Of a stretch of DNA of 64,000 nt, positions 47,551-62,750 are shown one piece after another. Location of the stretch: contig NIVC01001606.1 of assembly GCA_002269645.1 (NCBI GenBank), forward strand, positions 103,876 to 167,875, written 5' to 3'. The notes under the pieces are model-generated. The model had not been told where the DNA came from. It did no database searches and was given only the letters and a program-made list of their open reading frames with translations. Positions within the stretch are counted from its first letter, which is position 1. Each line of letters begins with the position of its first letter. This stretch comes from Macrostomum lignano (lineage: Eukaryota). A program made the translations under genes and the position numbers.

Positions 47551-48386
47551 CAGTGTTCGGAGTGGGGGGTCCTGCAATTTTTTGTGCCTGGGGTAAATTT
47601 TCGCACCTGTGAGTATGCCTAGGGGCGTAGTCTACTGAAAACAACAGGTAAATCCTGGTAGTGTTCAAATTTTAGCCCTTAAAAGTATTTTCAGTGCCTA
47701 AGTTCCTGTACTCATTTTTGCAGCACATTTTACATAAACAAAAATAAATCCACAGCTGGAAAAATGCAAAAATGATTGCAGGCAAGGACTCCATCATTTA
47801 ACCCACATCCTAAACATATGCCTGACTACATTGCATAGCACACAGTAGAATAGGCAACATATTGTACCGGAAAACAGCACTGACCAATGCAAAGTAGTTC
47901 CCATGCAAAGCAAAGAACAAGCAGTACTTGAAAATTGTGAGAGAATGAAGATTTCCTGTAGGTTGGTACTTGTAAAACAGGATTCAACAAGCCCTTAGAA
48001 AAAGACAGAGCCTATGCTAAGGGCCTAAGCAAGAATAGTTGTGACAGAGTAAAGTCTGCAACTGATGAAAGGACAGAAAATACTTGGAGATGCAATAAAG
48101 TAGGGGAACGCCGAATGGATCAGGGAACAAGGAAGGATGAAGGAATGTTAATTGGCTCTGGCTTTAGTGGTGATCTTGGGAACTTTAATAAACACAGAAG
48201 TGACAGACAAGTAGAAAAAAGCAGCAAAATTTGCTGTGTGTATAGGCAATTAGATGAAAAAGGGCTTAAAAATTCGCGCCATTGAGGAGCCAAAAAATTT
48301 GCGCCATGGCTTCAGAATTTGCAGATTTGCGCTTGTCTGAGCCATTTTTGTGCCAAGTGCGAATTTGCTCCATACTCTGAACACTG
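47551..48386. mobile_element. hAT-like non-autonomous DNA transposon
   Basis: TIRs CAGTGTTCGGAGT / ACTCTGAACACTG with a perfect 8-bp TSD GACCTATA at 47543-47550 and 48387-48394. Confidence 0.9.
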
Positions 48387-49508
48387 GACCTATATCTATA
48401 AGGGTCAAAATGCATTGGCCATAAAATAAAAGAAAATAAAAACAAGTTAATATTTGTTCTCTCATTCATTCTATTCTTATCTATTAAGCAAGCTACTATA
48501 CTAGAGCTTATATTAAAGTTAAACTAATATTATTATTGTCTAACATAGTAATTTATTATTATTATTATTATAACATTTAGGAGAATATCTTAAAATTGAA
48601 TTCTTTATAACAACTAAGAAATAAAATATTTATTACTAGTGTCATAAAATAGGCCTATGTAATCAAGAATCAAGATATTATTAAAATAATTTATGGTTGT
48701 CATTCATATTTGTAACACAGATAAAGTCTATCTTATTCTTAGATTTAAAAGCATAATGAAGGCTAAAATATTATAAAACTTGTAGTCATAGTTATATATG
48801 AATTGAAAACAAATAATTTAAACATTAATCCTGCTTGAACTGTAAATATTGAGATTTCTGAATGAATTAAAATAATTTAGATTCAGTTTATGCCTATACT
48901 TAGAAATCCACATGATTTACAAGGGTCAACTATTGAAATGTATGTTATTCTAGTTCAAAGTCTTTCAAAAGGTAATATATTTATTAGGTTTCATGTTAAC
49001 TTTAGGCCAAATTAAGCTGATAAAGATTAGGCACAATTTTAATTATCTTGGTTCTACTAAAAGTTTTAGGGAAACTGCAATTTTAACTATCACTATTGCT
49101 ATTATTAATATTTACTATGAAATGAAGACAGCATTGACGAGGACATTACTATTACTAGTACGTGTGGTACAGGCATGATTTATTTGGTACGTCTTCTTGG
49201 AAAACTTACAGTTTAAAATCTTTGATCCAACGACTAGCTAAGTTAAAAAAATAGATGCTTAATCACGCCTCTCGTATATTAAGACAATTTTGCATAGCAA
49301 TTATCTATGCCTTTTATAGTAAATTTTTTACTAGTTGTTAATACTTACATATAAAAATTTGTTTTTATATTTCAGAAGCTTCTGACAATAATTAATCCGG
49401 CATGATAAAAAAACCGCAGTTTGCTTGATTTGACTCAAATGCACAGGGGATGAAAGAGGACGGCACACAAGGGTTAGGAAAGACAGTGTACCAAGGGTGG
49501 GACAGAAT

Positions 49509-50878
49509 TAGTAGTAGTAGTAGTAGTAGTAAGAGAATTTGGCTCAGGCAATTAGCCTGTTTGGCCAATATATTATAGAGCTATGTATTTGGAAAAGTTT
49601 TCGAAATAGAAGTTTATAAAGACGATTTGCCGCGAGTTAGTAGTAGTAAGAGTTAGAGTTATTGTAAAAGATAAAGTATTTGAAAGCGCGCCAGAATTTT
49701 TACGGTATTTTTGGACGAAAAGTGACGACTAACAACTAACAACGAGTATAAATATTAATACAAAAATGAGTACAAATTACGAGGTATAGCTTTAATTGCG
49801 AGATTACTTTGGTAAGCGAGTTTGTAAAAAAAGATGTAGTATTTTTGAAAGCGCGTGATATTTCAAAGCGTGAAAAAACGAACATAAACAATACTTCGAA
49901 AGAACTTTACGTTTAACGAATAACGACGATTTAAATAGGGAATTAAAAAAGACAGTAAATGAATAAACAACTGAAAAGCGGATTTGTTACACTGCTAATG
50001 TATCTGATTCAGTTTGTTTAACTGTTTTAGCTATTCATGACTTCATATATTTTAGCTACACCAGTGAGTTCTTTTCTGACTCTTTTTTCATTTGTAGCAT
50101 ATCCTATCTTGTGTATTTGATTGCTATTTAAGAGGTATTGACAGAAGTATTTTTTCCTGATCTCTTCAGTTTGTGGACATTCAGTCAAGTAGTGTAGAAT
50201 GTCAGAACCATTTCGCGCTCCACACATTTTACATGGTTCTTGAGAAAAAAAGTTGGGTGTAATCTCGCATTTCAGTTTTAGGAGGGTTGTTAACAATTTT
50301 TTGTTTCTAAATGTACATGGAAAGTAATCTGAAAGGTCGGGCCTGCAGATTTTTTTGTAGAGATAGGCGTTTTTGTAGAGTTTAATATGTTGCTGATTCT
50401 CTAGCTTTTGGCTAAGTTCTCTTTCTCTGTGTATCTTGAAGTGCTTTTTCACTAGGTATTTCTCGTTATTAAAGCTTTGGGAAAGTTTATCTTCAGTTAG
50501 TGCTTTTAGGTCTATACTTTCTAGTTTCTTTAGTACATTCATTTTCCATGGATTTTTTTTGGCCGGTGCTTGAGTAGAAAATTTCTAGAGTCGTTTGGCA
50601 GAGTTTTTTGTGTCTAATCTTCAGCCAGTAGATGAGGTAGGTTTCAGCGATTCGTTGAGAGATTGGAGTAAGCTCAAGTTCTGATGATATCACACTGTTG
50701 CTAGCAAATTTTGGTAGATTGAGGAGATATTTGTAGAATTTCAGCTGAATATTATCAATAGCTTTTGTATCAGACATGGTAGCCAGAGGGCCCCAGAGCT
50801 CACAACCGTAAGTGATAACGGGGGTAACAAGCGCGTCAAATAGTCTGCGAATGAGTGTGATGTCTAGGGACGTATTAC
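49509..50878 (-). mobile_element. 5'-truncated non-LTR retrotransposon (RTEX-like) 3' end with an (ACT)n tail
   Basis: RRLFDALVTPVITYGCELWG...IQLKFYKYLLNL...SELELTPI (post-RT region); a C-terminal zinc-finger-like CKMCG...HYLTECP; a frameshift at about 50540; short tandem-repeat tail at 49509-49531. The clade assignment is an inference. Confidence 0.75.
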
Positions 50879-51864
50879 ACGCTCATCTCGATTCTTTAAA
50901 TGCACTCGCAATTATTCTCGTGCACTACCCTAGAATGGCGGATTATGCGGAATCTTTGCATCGTTGAAGCCTTGGCTGGTTTTTTTTGAAGCTTAGATAC
51001 AATTCTTGAATGAATATTATTTTATTAAATAGATAATATCAAAGGACTACAAGCTTAAGTAGAACCAACACGAGTCCTCTTAGGAAAATATCCTCGTATA
51101 GGTTATAGCAGATATAAAAATCTTCTCAGGATCGGGGACATCTTTGAACAGAATGAGTGGATGTGTATTGATCAGTGGCTTCTTCGATCAATGCTCAAGT
51201 TCGTGCTCATGTTGGCACTTTGACCGCTCACCGATCAGCTCTGCACAAGGCGCTCTTGCTGCTGCTGAACCAGTTCATTAGGTACACTATAGCCGCGAGT
51301 ATCAGCAGAGACTCGGAGCATTGCAATTGCAATCGCTATCGCTATCACTAGGATAAAATGCCCATGGGCAAGGATAAAATGCTGGAGGCCTTACCACTGA
51401 GAGGTTTATTTTTAGCTGTTGTGGAAGTAGTACATGTAAATTGTTGCCTTTGGTTGACGTTTTTTACGACATATTTCTAGACTGAATTAAAGTCGACGAT
51501 TTTAATTGCATGAAATTCTGCAGATACAGACTTCCCGAGAATGCATCAAATCTTTTGAGTAAGTTTAAATGTAATAGTAACATTAAAAAGCTTTTAAAAG
51601 GTATATTTAAGCAAATAAAAAATAAATTTACGATAGATTACCAAAACTATGAAATTTGTTAGATTTTTTCTTACTAGTTGATAATGGCACATCACAGAAA
51701 TTCCAATAAAAGCTGTCAATCATTTTTGTCTTAAACTGCCACTGCTTTGTATATGTACTCCTACCTACAATTTCTAATATCTACTAGAATATACGAGACA
51801 TATAGAAAGTGTGCATAATTTGCAAAATAACCTTTTAACAGCTCAAGTTCAAGTAGGTCTGCAG

Positions 51865-53411
51865 GGATCTGGGATCTAGGATCTGGGATCTAGGATCTGG
51901 GATCTAGGATCTGGGATCTAGGATCTGGGATCTAGGATCTGGGATCTAGGATCTGGGATCTAGGATCTGGGATCTAGGATCTGGGATCTAGGATCTGGGA
52001 TCTAGGATCTGGGATCTAGGATCTGGGATCTAGGATCTGGGATCTAGGATCTGGGATCTAGGATCTGGGATCTAGGATCTGGGATCTAGGATCTGGGATC
52101 TAGGATCTGGGATCTAGGATCTGGGATCTAGGATCTGGGATCTAGGATCTGGGATCTAGGATCTGGGATCTAGGATCTGGGATCTAGGATCTGGGATCTA
52201 GGATCTGGGATCTAGGATCTGGGATCTAGGATCTGGGATCTAGGATCTGGGATCTAGGATCTGGGATCTAGGATCTGGGATCTAGGATCTGGGATCTAGG
52301 ATCTGGGATCTAGGATCTGGGATCTAGGATCTGGGATCTAGGATCTGGGATCTAGGATCTGGGATCTAGGATCTGGGATCTAGGATCTGGGATCTAGGAT
52401 CTGGGATCTAGGATCTGGGATCTAGGATCTGGGATCTAGGATCTGGGATCTAGGATCTGGGATCTAGGATCTGGGATCTAGGATCTGGGATCTAGGATCT
52501 GGGATCTAGGATCTGGGATCTAGGATCTGGGATCTAGGATCTGGGATCTAGGATCTGGGATCTAGGATCTGGGATCTAGGATCTGGGATCTAGGATCTGG
52601 GATCTAGGATCTGGGATCTAGGATCTGGGATCTAGGATCTGGGATCTAGGATCTGGGATCTAGGATCTGGGATCTAGGATCTGGGATCTAGGATCTGGGA
52701 TCTAGGATCTGGGATCTAGGATCTGGGATCTAGGATCTGGGATCTAGGATCTGGGATCTAGGATCTGGGATCTAGGATCTGGGATCTAGGATCTGGGATC
52801 TAGGATCTGGGATCTAGGATCTGGGATCTAGGATCTGGGATCTAGGATCTGGGATCTAGGATCTGGGATCTAGGATCTGGGATCTAGGATCTGGGATCTA
52901 GGATCTGGGATCTAGGATCTGGGATCTAGGATCTGGGATCTAGGATCTGGGATCTAGAATCTGGGATCTAGGATCTGGGATCTAGGATCTGGGATCTAGG
53001 ATCTGGGATCTAGGATCTGGGATCTAGGATCTGGGATCTAGGATCTGGGATCTAGGATCTGGGATCTAGGATCTGGGATCTAGGATCTGGGATCTAGGAT
53101 CTGGGATCTAGGATCTGGGATCTAGGATCTGGGATCTAGGATCTGGGATCTAGGATCTGGGATCTAGGATCTGGGATCTAGGATCTGGGATCTAGGATCT
53201 GGGATCTAGGATCTGGGATCTAGGATCTGGGATCTAGGATCTGGGATCTAGGATCTGGGATCTAGGATCTGGGATCTAGGATCTGGGATCTAGGATCTGG
53301 GATCTAGGATCTGGGATCTAGGATCTGGGATCTAGGATCTGGGATCTAGGATCTGGGATCTAGGATCTGGGATCTAGGATCTGGGATCTAGGATCTGGGA
53401 TCTAGGATCTA
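51865..53411. repeat. near-perfect 14-bp dimeric satellite (GGATCTG GGATCTA)n
   Basis: Strict alternation of two 7-mers over about 1.55 kb, with one visible variant (AGAATCTG) near 52957. Confidence 0.98.
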
Positions 53412-53562
53412 TGATTCTATCGCCTGAATACAGTAGCTTTCTTATTGGTAAACTGTAAAAACAAATAAAAAATGCTTTCAAATTGTTTATAACTCAGAAC
53501 TACACCTAAGTGCTCGCCATGATGCATGCCTCCGAGCATCCAACCTTTACAGTGCATCGAGA

Positions 53563-54216
53563 ATGCGCCAAGTCTTTATTCTATCGCTGCTAATCTCTGT
53601 AGCCCTGTGCACAGCAACAAAACTCTCCTATATTGAAAGACACCAAAGCGCCGTGGCCCCAGCTGCATCGAAGGTCCTCAGAAGCCGAAACTCTCGGAGC
53701 TGCGCCATGGAATGCGCCCTGGCAGCTGACTGCTTCGGGTTCAGCTGGCTGGAGGGCCTGTGCCGACTCTTCAGTTGGTCTGCCTTCGTCAGTCAGCCCT
53801 GGCAGAGCTCCGGACTGTGCGATGTTTACATCAGAAAGATTGAAAGACTGCAGTTTGTTGGCTGTGAGCAGAGCTCGTACTCAAGTAACTGCGGCCGCGC
53901 TATTGACGGAAACAGGAACCAGAGTTTCTCCGGTATTTCCTGCACTCAAACCACCAATAACCTGCCCGAATTGTGGGAGGGCCAGCTCGCTGCCCCATCG
54001 CTGATCAGCTACGTCACCATCTACAACAGGCAGGGCTGCTGCCCTGAGCGGCTCAACAAGTTCTCCCTGCAGGTGGACGGAGTTGAGTGCAACCAGGTAA
54101 ACTTGGCGGTGCCGTTCTCCGTTGCCAACTTCACCTGCAACGCCTTTGGCAGCAAAATTCGCGTGGTCAACCAGCACGACTATCTCACCATCTGCGAGTT
54201 GGAGGCCTACAACTGA
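53563..54216 (+). CDS. secreted PAN/apple + F-type lectin (fucolectin, F5/8C) domain protein, 217 aa
   Basis: Signal peptide MRQVFILSLLISVALCTA; PAN-like SCAMECALAADCFGFSW..GLCRL; F-lectin motifs QSS, RAIDGN, SCTQT, VTIYNR..CCPERL and LTICELEAY. Intronless CDS. Confidence 0.88.
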   Translation: MRQVFILSLLISVALCTATKLSYIERHQSAVAPAASKVLRSRNSRSCAMECALAADCFGFSWLEGLCRLFSWSAFVSQPWQSSGLCDVYIRKIERLQFVGCEQSSYSSNCGRAIDGNRNQSFSGISCTQTTNNLPELWEGQLAAPSLISYVTIYNRQGCCPERLNKFSLQVDGVECNQVNLAVPFSVANFTCNAFGSKIRVVNQHDYLTICELEAYN

Positions 54217-54489
54217 GATTCGACAAACTCGGCATGCAGCAACTCATGATGTGAAGAGCAATTCAGAATTAAACTGTGCTAGTCAAAACTGCCAAAGAAC
54301 TCAATTTACTCAACTTAAAAGCAAATTTGTAATGCTTTTACCGATCTGAAGTAAATTACACAAATATATAAACTTTGGCAAACGAAAAATATATATTCTG
54401 CATTCTCAAAATATTCGAATCTTGCTTGGACCGTCTTTGTTTAATTAAATACTTCTACCTGTAGAAAAGTGAAAGCCTTGTGAACGATG

Positions 54490-55670
54490 TACTCGTAGTC
54501 TGCAAAAAGTCTGCTGTAAGATATCCACAGTGAGTCTCCATTAAGCTAATGGAACCACCAAAAGACACTTTTTGCTTTTACATCTTTATGCGCTTGCAAC
54601 TTGGCTGCAGAGCGACTGAGATTCATACCGATCTGGTGAATGTTTTAGCTGACTCTGCTCCATCATTTGACATGGTTGCCCGCTGGCTGCGCCATTTCTC
54701 GGGAGGCCGGGACAGTTTTAACGAAAAACCGAGGTCTGGCCGACCCCGGACATCCTTGACCGAAGATGTCGTGGCCCATGCCGATGCAATAATTCGTGAG
54801 GATTGGAGCATTATGCTGAGATTCATTGCCTATGAGCTTGGTGTCAGCTATGGAAGTGCTCATAAAATCATGCATGAGCAACTGGGCCGCACAAAGACCT
54901 GCGCTCGGTGGGTACCCCATCTTCTCACTCCGGAGCAGCAAGCAGAGAGGGTGCGCATCTGTCGCTTGTGGGTGCAAATGTTTGAGCCCCACGGCCCACA
55001 ACGACTGTCGGATGTCATCACAGGAGACGAATGCTGGATCTCCTTCTTTTACCATGAAGGATAAGCAGTCCAACATCGTCTGGCTGGCAGAAGATGAGCC
55101 AAGGCCTGAGGTGCTGAAGACCGGATTCCGCAGTCGGAAGCGGATGTTCACCATTTTTCAACTCTCAGGGTGTTGTATCGGTGAACATCCTTCCAGCGGG
55201 TGCCGCAGTGACTGTCAGGTACTACACAGACACTTTTCTGCCAGGCGTGCTGCAGGAGCGGCAGGAACGTGCGCGAACCAGGCATGGACCCGACTCCTGC
55301 TGTACCATGACTGCGGCACCGCACAGAGCGGCCTCAAACATGACGTACCTGGAGCAGCAGGGGTCCGACTGCTGCCCCATCCACCCTACTCTCCAGACCT
55401 AGCACCAGGCTGTTCCCGAGGATCAAATCCGTCATTTGTGGGAGGCCATTTTCACGCATTCAAAACCTTGCCCAAGTGGTACATTCAGCTCTACAGGGTG
55501 TACCAACTTCGGAGTACCATGACTGCTTTCAGACGTGGTCCACACGCATGCGGAGGTGCATAGATGGTGATGGAAAGTACTTTGTGGGAATGGGACATTG
55601 GTTAGACGCCATGGCTGCTGTAACACTGAGTTGTGAGGTCACTTGCAGAACTTTTTGATCACCCCTCGTA
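54490..55670 (+). mobile_element. mariner (DD34D-type) transposon relic, copy 1
   Basis: HTH region with PRSGRP, WVPHLL, ITGDECW, YHD and HPPYSPDLAP; frameshifts; right TIR CTTGCAGAACTTTTTGATCACCCCTCG followed by TA at 55669-55670; left TIR decayed. Confidence 0.92.
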
Positions 55671-55863
55671 TTAGCATGAGTGCGTGCCTGCGTACAGTAT
55701 TGGCGCGCTTGCATGTGCTCAGGTTATGGGACGCGATGTCACCGAAGAGTGCTCAGCAACCTTTACAAAATTATTAATTCTGTTAAACTTTGGTCTCGTA
55801 AAAGTCAAAACAACAATCAGATCTCGATCTACCTGCTAGTGACATTAGAATGTTGATGTTTAC

Positions 55864-56192
<329 letters not shown>

Positions 56193-56802
56193 GCTGCATT
56201 CGACTCCGAACAAATTCCGAATAAATTCCAAACAAATTACACAGCACCAGCGTCAAAGTAGCAATGATGAAATATTTTGGCAAAATTATCAGGCAGAGCG
56301 GTATTGCTTGCATTTGCTGGTTAGCAAACTCCAGAATACATATTCTAGTCAAGCCATCAAGCTATTTGGATTTTTGGGCTTAATAACAAAAAATAGCAGG
56401 AAGGGGCTGCGGGCATCCTGAAGCAACGCCTTTGGCGACATCGTCCAACACAGCAGCGCTCACAGCAGTTCTACCCATTCAAAAAAAATTGAATGGGCAC
56501 TCTAGATAGTTAGATAGAACTCAGTAGAGAGACAACTCATTTTTAATATAGTGGATGGATCTGCCCACGGTTGCAGGGGGGGGGTTGAAAAAGACAGCTG
56601 TATCTGCTGCGTCAGACTGCTTGTCTACTAGCTTGTCTGCTAAAAAGAGCCATGGCAGATGCACTGCAACATGAATTATTGATCAGAGAGGCTGCATGCG
56701 AGTATATCGACATATTGAATTGCCCACACACTCGTAGGATGCAGAAAGATAGTATTTTATGCATCTGCGTAAAATGCTAGTTAGAGAAGCAGAAAGACTG
56801 GC

Positions 56803-57184
<382 letters not shown>

Positions 57185-57806
57185 GTAGTCAATGCAAACC
57201 AGTAAAATCAATATAAAGCACATGTGGGGACAAAAAGTCCTTTAGACAGTAAAAAAACTCTCCAAGAGAAATGAAGGCTGAAAAGTCATTTTTCACTTGA
57301 CACTTGTTTTTTGTTAAATATCAGTTGATAATATTAACAGATTTATTATCACGCGACTGTGTTTTTAATACTAAAAATAATTTGCGACAAAAAAGCAATC
57401 ATACGCTCGTATTATCAACGATATAGGAATTGTTGAACATTAAAAAGTTGTCCAAGAATCGTTGTTTTTGTCCTTAACTTTCTACTAACTCAGTAGGCTT
57501 GTTAGAGTGCAATTAGAGTTCAATGGGCTACATTCGGTGTTTATGGCGTAACTGTAACTCTGACTCTTCTAATGCGGTTAGTGCGTCTCAGAAGTGGCGC
57601 ACTAAAGACTCTACAGCGACTCTAGCACGCCTCAAGTACGACTCTACCGCTCCAAAGTCGTTTCACAGTCGCAGACAATAAAACGCTTCAAAGTGACTTT
57701 TAGGCGACTCTTTGGTGACTTGTACCGTGCCATCTCGTCATTTAGAGTCGTTAAGAGTCACTTCTTTCCTATTTTATTTGTCATATGAAACGACTCGGGA
57801 TTCAGA

Positions 57807-58848
57807 GCAGAGCGACTGAGATTCATACCGATCTGGTGAATGTTTTAGCTGACTCTGCTCCATCATTTGACATGGTTGCCCGCTGGCTGCGCCATTTCTC
57901 GGAGGCCGGGACAGTTTTAACGATAAACCGAGGTCTGGCCGACCCCGGACATCCTTGACCGAAGATGTTGTGGCCCGTGTCGATGCAATAATTCGTGAGG
58001 ATTGGAGCATTACGCTGAGATTCCTTGCCTATGAGCTTGGTCAGCTATGGAAGTGCTCATAACATCATGCATGAGCAACTGGGCCGCACAAAGACCTGCG
58101 CTCGTGGGTACCCCATTTTCTCACCCCGGAGCAGCAAGCAGAGAGGGTGCGCATCTGTCGCTTGTGGCTGCAAATGTTTGAGCCCCACGGCCCACGACGA
58201 CTGTCGGATGTCATCACAGGAGACGAATGTTGGATCCCCTTCTTTACCATGAAAGATAAGCAGTCTAGCATGGTCTGGCTGGCAGAAAATGAGCCTAGGC
58301 CCGAGATGCTGAAGACCGGATTCCGCAGACAGAAGCGGATGTTCACCATTTTTTCTAACTCTCAGGGTGTTGTATCGGTGAACATCCTTCCAGCGGGTGC
58401 CGCAGTGACTGTCAGGTTCTACACAGACACTGTTCTGCCAGGCGTGCTGCAGGAGCGCAGGAACGTGCGCGAACCAGGCATGGACCTTGACTCCTGCTGT
58501 ACCATGACTGCGCACCGCACAGAGCGGCCTCAACCATGGCGTGCCTGGAGCAGCAGGGGGTCCGGCTGCTGCCCCATCCACCCTACTCTCCAGACCTAGC
58601 ACCAGGCTGTTCCCGAGGATCAAATCCATTTTCACGCATACAAAACCTTGCCCAAGTGGTACATTCAGCTCTACAGGGTATTCCAATTTCGGAGTACCAT
58701 GACTGCTTTTAGACGTGGTCCAGACGCATGCGAAGGTGCATAGATGGTGATGGAAAGTACTTTGTGGGAATGGGACATTGGTTAGACGCCATGGCTGCTG
58801 TAACACTGAGTTGTGAGGTCACTTGCAGAACTTTTTGATCACCCCTCG
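57807..58848 (+). mobile_element. mariner relic, copy 2 (5'-truncated by the duplication breakpoint)
   Basis: Same sequence as copy 1 from GCAGAGCGACTGAG onward; the right TIR is present but lacks the terminal TA. Confidence 0.92.
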
Positions 58849-59058
58849 AGGATCCTGTGTGAGCGTGTGCATGAGTGCGTACCTGCGTACAGTATTTGCG
58901 CGCTTGCATGTGCTCAGGTTATGGGACGCGATGTCACCGAAGAGTGCTCAGCAACCTTTACAAAATTATTAATTCTGTTAAACTTTGGTCTCGTAAAAGT
59001 CAAAACAACAATCAGATCTCGATCTACCTGCTAGTGACATTAGAATGTTGATGTTTAC

Positions 59059-59277
<219 letters not shown>

Positions 59278-59982
59278 AGTAGTAGTAAGTAGTAGTAGTA
59301 GTAGTAGTAGTAGTTGATGTTGTTGTTGTTGTTGTTGTTGTTATTGTTATTGTTGTTGTTGTTTTGTTGTGTTGCTGCATTCGACTCCGAACAAATTCCG
59401 ATAAAATTCCAAACAAATTACACAGCACCAGCGTCAAAGTAGCAATGATGAAATATTTTGGCAAAATTATCAGGCATAGAGCGGTATTGCTTACATTTGC
59501 TGGTTAGCAAACTCCAGAATACATATTCTAGTCAAGCCATCAAGCTATTTGGATTTTTGGGCTTAATAACAAAAAATAGCAGGAAGGGGCTGCGGGCATC
59601 CTGAAGCAACGCCTTTGGCGACATCGTCCAACAGCAGCGCTCACAGCAGTTCTACCCATTCAAAAAAAATTGAATGGGCACTCTAGATAGTTAGATAGAA
59701 CTCAGTAGAGAGACAACTCATTTTTAATATAGTGGATGGATCTGCCCACGGTTGCAGGGGGGGGTTGAAAAAGACAGCTGTATCTGCTGCGTCAGACTGC
59801 TTGTCTACTAGCTTGTTTGCTAAAAAGAGCCATGGCAGATGCAATGCAACATGAATTATTAATCAGAGAGGCTGCATGCGAGTATATCGACATATTGAAT
59901 TGCCCACACACTCGTAGGATGCAGAAAGATAGTATTTTATGCATCCGCGTAAAATGCTAGTTAGAGAAGCAGAAAGACTGGC

Positions 59983-61331
<1,349 letters not shown>

Positions 61332-62002
61332 GCGAGAAAGAGCGAGCGAAGCTTGCTTGCTTGCCGCAGCCAATCACGCTGAAAGCACGCACACAAGATC
61401 ACCGGAACGATTAAGGCAACTGGAAAGCCAAGGGAGATGGTAGTCAATGCAAACCATTAATATCAATATAAAGCACATGTGGGGACAAAAAGTCCTTTAG
61501 ACAGTAAAATGAAACTTCAACTCTCCAAGATAAATGAAGGCTGAAAAGTCATTTTTCACTTGACACTTGTTTTTGTTAAATATCAGTTGATAATATTAAC
61601 ACATTTATTATCACGCGACTGTGTTTTTAATACTAAAAATAATTTGCGACAAAACAATCATATTATCAACGATATAGGAATTGTTGAACATTAAAAAGTT
61701 TCCAATTCGAATTTACTATATTCGACAGTCAGATTTGACCACGAGCTTGTAACGGCAAGTCTAACATATATCTACAAAGTAAAAAATAACTGATAAATAT
61801 AGCCTTAGTGCCTCTGAAAAGTGTTTTTGTGTACAGCATCACCTGGCCTTTCTAGTTTAGGTCTCGATCGTGAATATATTGTTAGATTATTTACTCTTTC
61901 GCCAGAATTCTACATTTCGCGGTGAATGGGACATTAGAATTGTTCAACAGCATATGTTCGGTCAAATGGGAACTCGATAGTACAATTACATATCTGTAGA
62001 TG

Positions 62003-62750
62003 TCAGGCGAACGGATTGATGCACTCGCACATCGCCATGGTGACTCCAGCGTAGACATCAGTCAAATCTTCCACTCCGGCCGAGTGAGTCGACCAGATGT
62101 CCAATCGGTTGGCAGAGACGCTTCGTTCGGCTGTCCGGGTCCCCAGAGTTCGGGCAGGAGGCCCAGGTTGCAGTCCAGCCAGAACCACGGATCGCTGACC
62201 GCGCTTCCTGGCCGTATCCGCCGATGAAGAAGCTTTTGCCAGAGTTCACGTTGGTCTTGATCCAGTGGAAATGGGCCGTCTCGTTTCTCTCCAGGGCGTC
62301 GGCATATTTGGTGAGTCCGGGCATCGCCTCGCAGGCTGTGCGACCGCAGTCCAGCTAGCGGCGCTCACCACCTTGTAGGTGGAGCCGAAGTAGCCACTGC
62401 CGAAGCCGTCGGGGCACAGCTGGCCGTCCGGCAGGCCGGCTGGTTGCGAACGAAGGTCCAGGCGAAGTCGCTGCAGTCGGTGCGGACCAGCTGGCTCGGA
62501 CTGCACTTGTCGAACACGAGAGCCCGCACTTGCGCCTCCTGCAGGCAGCTGGAATCCCTGGCAGCTCGGACCAGCCTAGCGCAGGCTGAGGCGCACACGA
62601 ACTCAGCGGTTCCATTGTCCGCGGCCAGCTCGCGAGTGAACTCCGGCTTCAGGCACATGCGGACGTACTTCAGAGAGAAGCCGAAGCCAAGGTCCTGGGA
62701 ATTGACGCTCCCGACAGCTGCTAGCAGCATGAGAACAAGCAGTCCAAGCA
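62003..62750 (-). pseudogene. frameshifted secreted PAN-like + C-type lectin domain gene
   Basis: Acceptor CCCTTTCAG at 62751; signal peptide LLVLMLLAAVGSVNS. Across frames: VCASACAR..SC (PAN-like), LCPDGF..STYKVVSAASW, TACEAMPG, SFFIGG, PWFWLD, LWGPGQPN and AMCEC*. About four frame changes are needed. Confidence 0.7.

Noticed and set aside
51865-53411. Interstitial telomeric repeat
   Set aside because: The unit GGATCT(G/A) does not match TTAGGG/TTAGG-type telomere motifs, and the array is flanked by ordinary genomic sequence.
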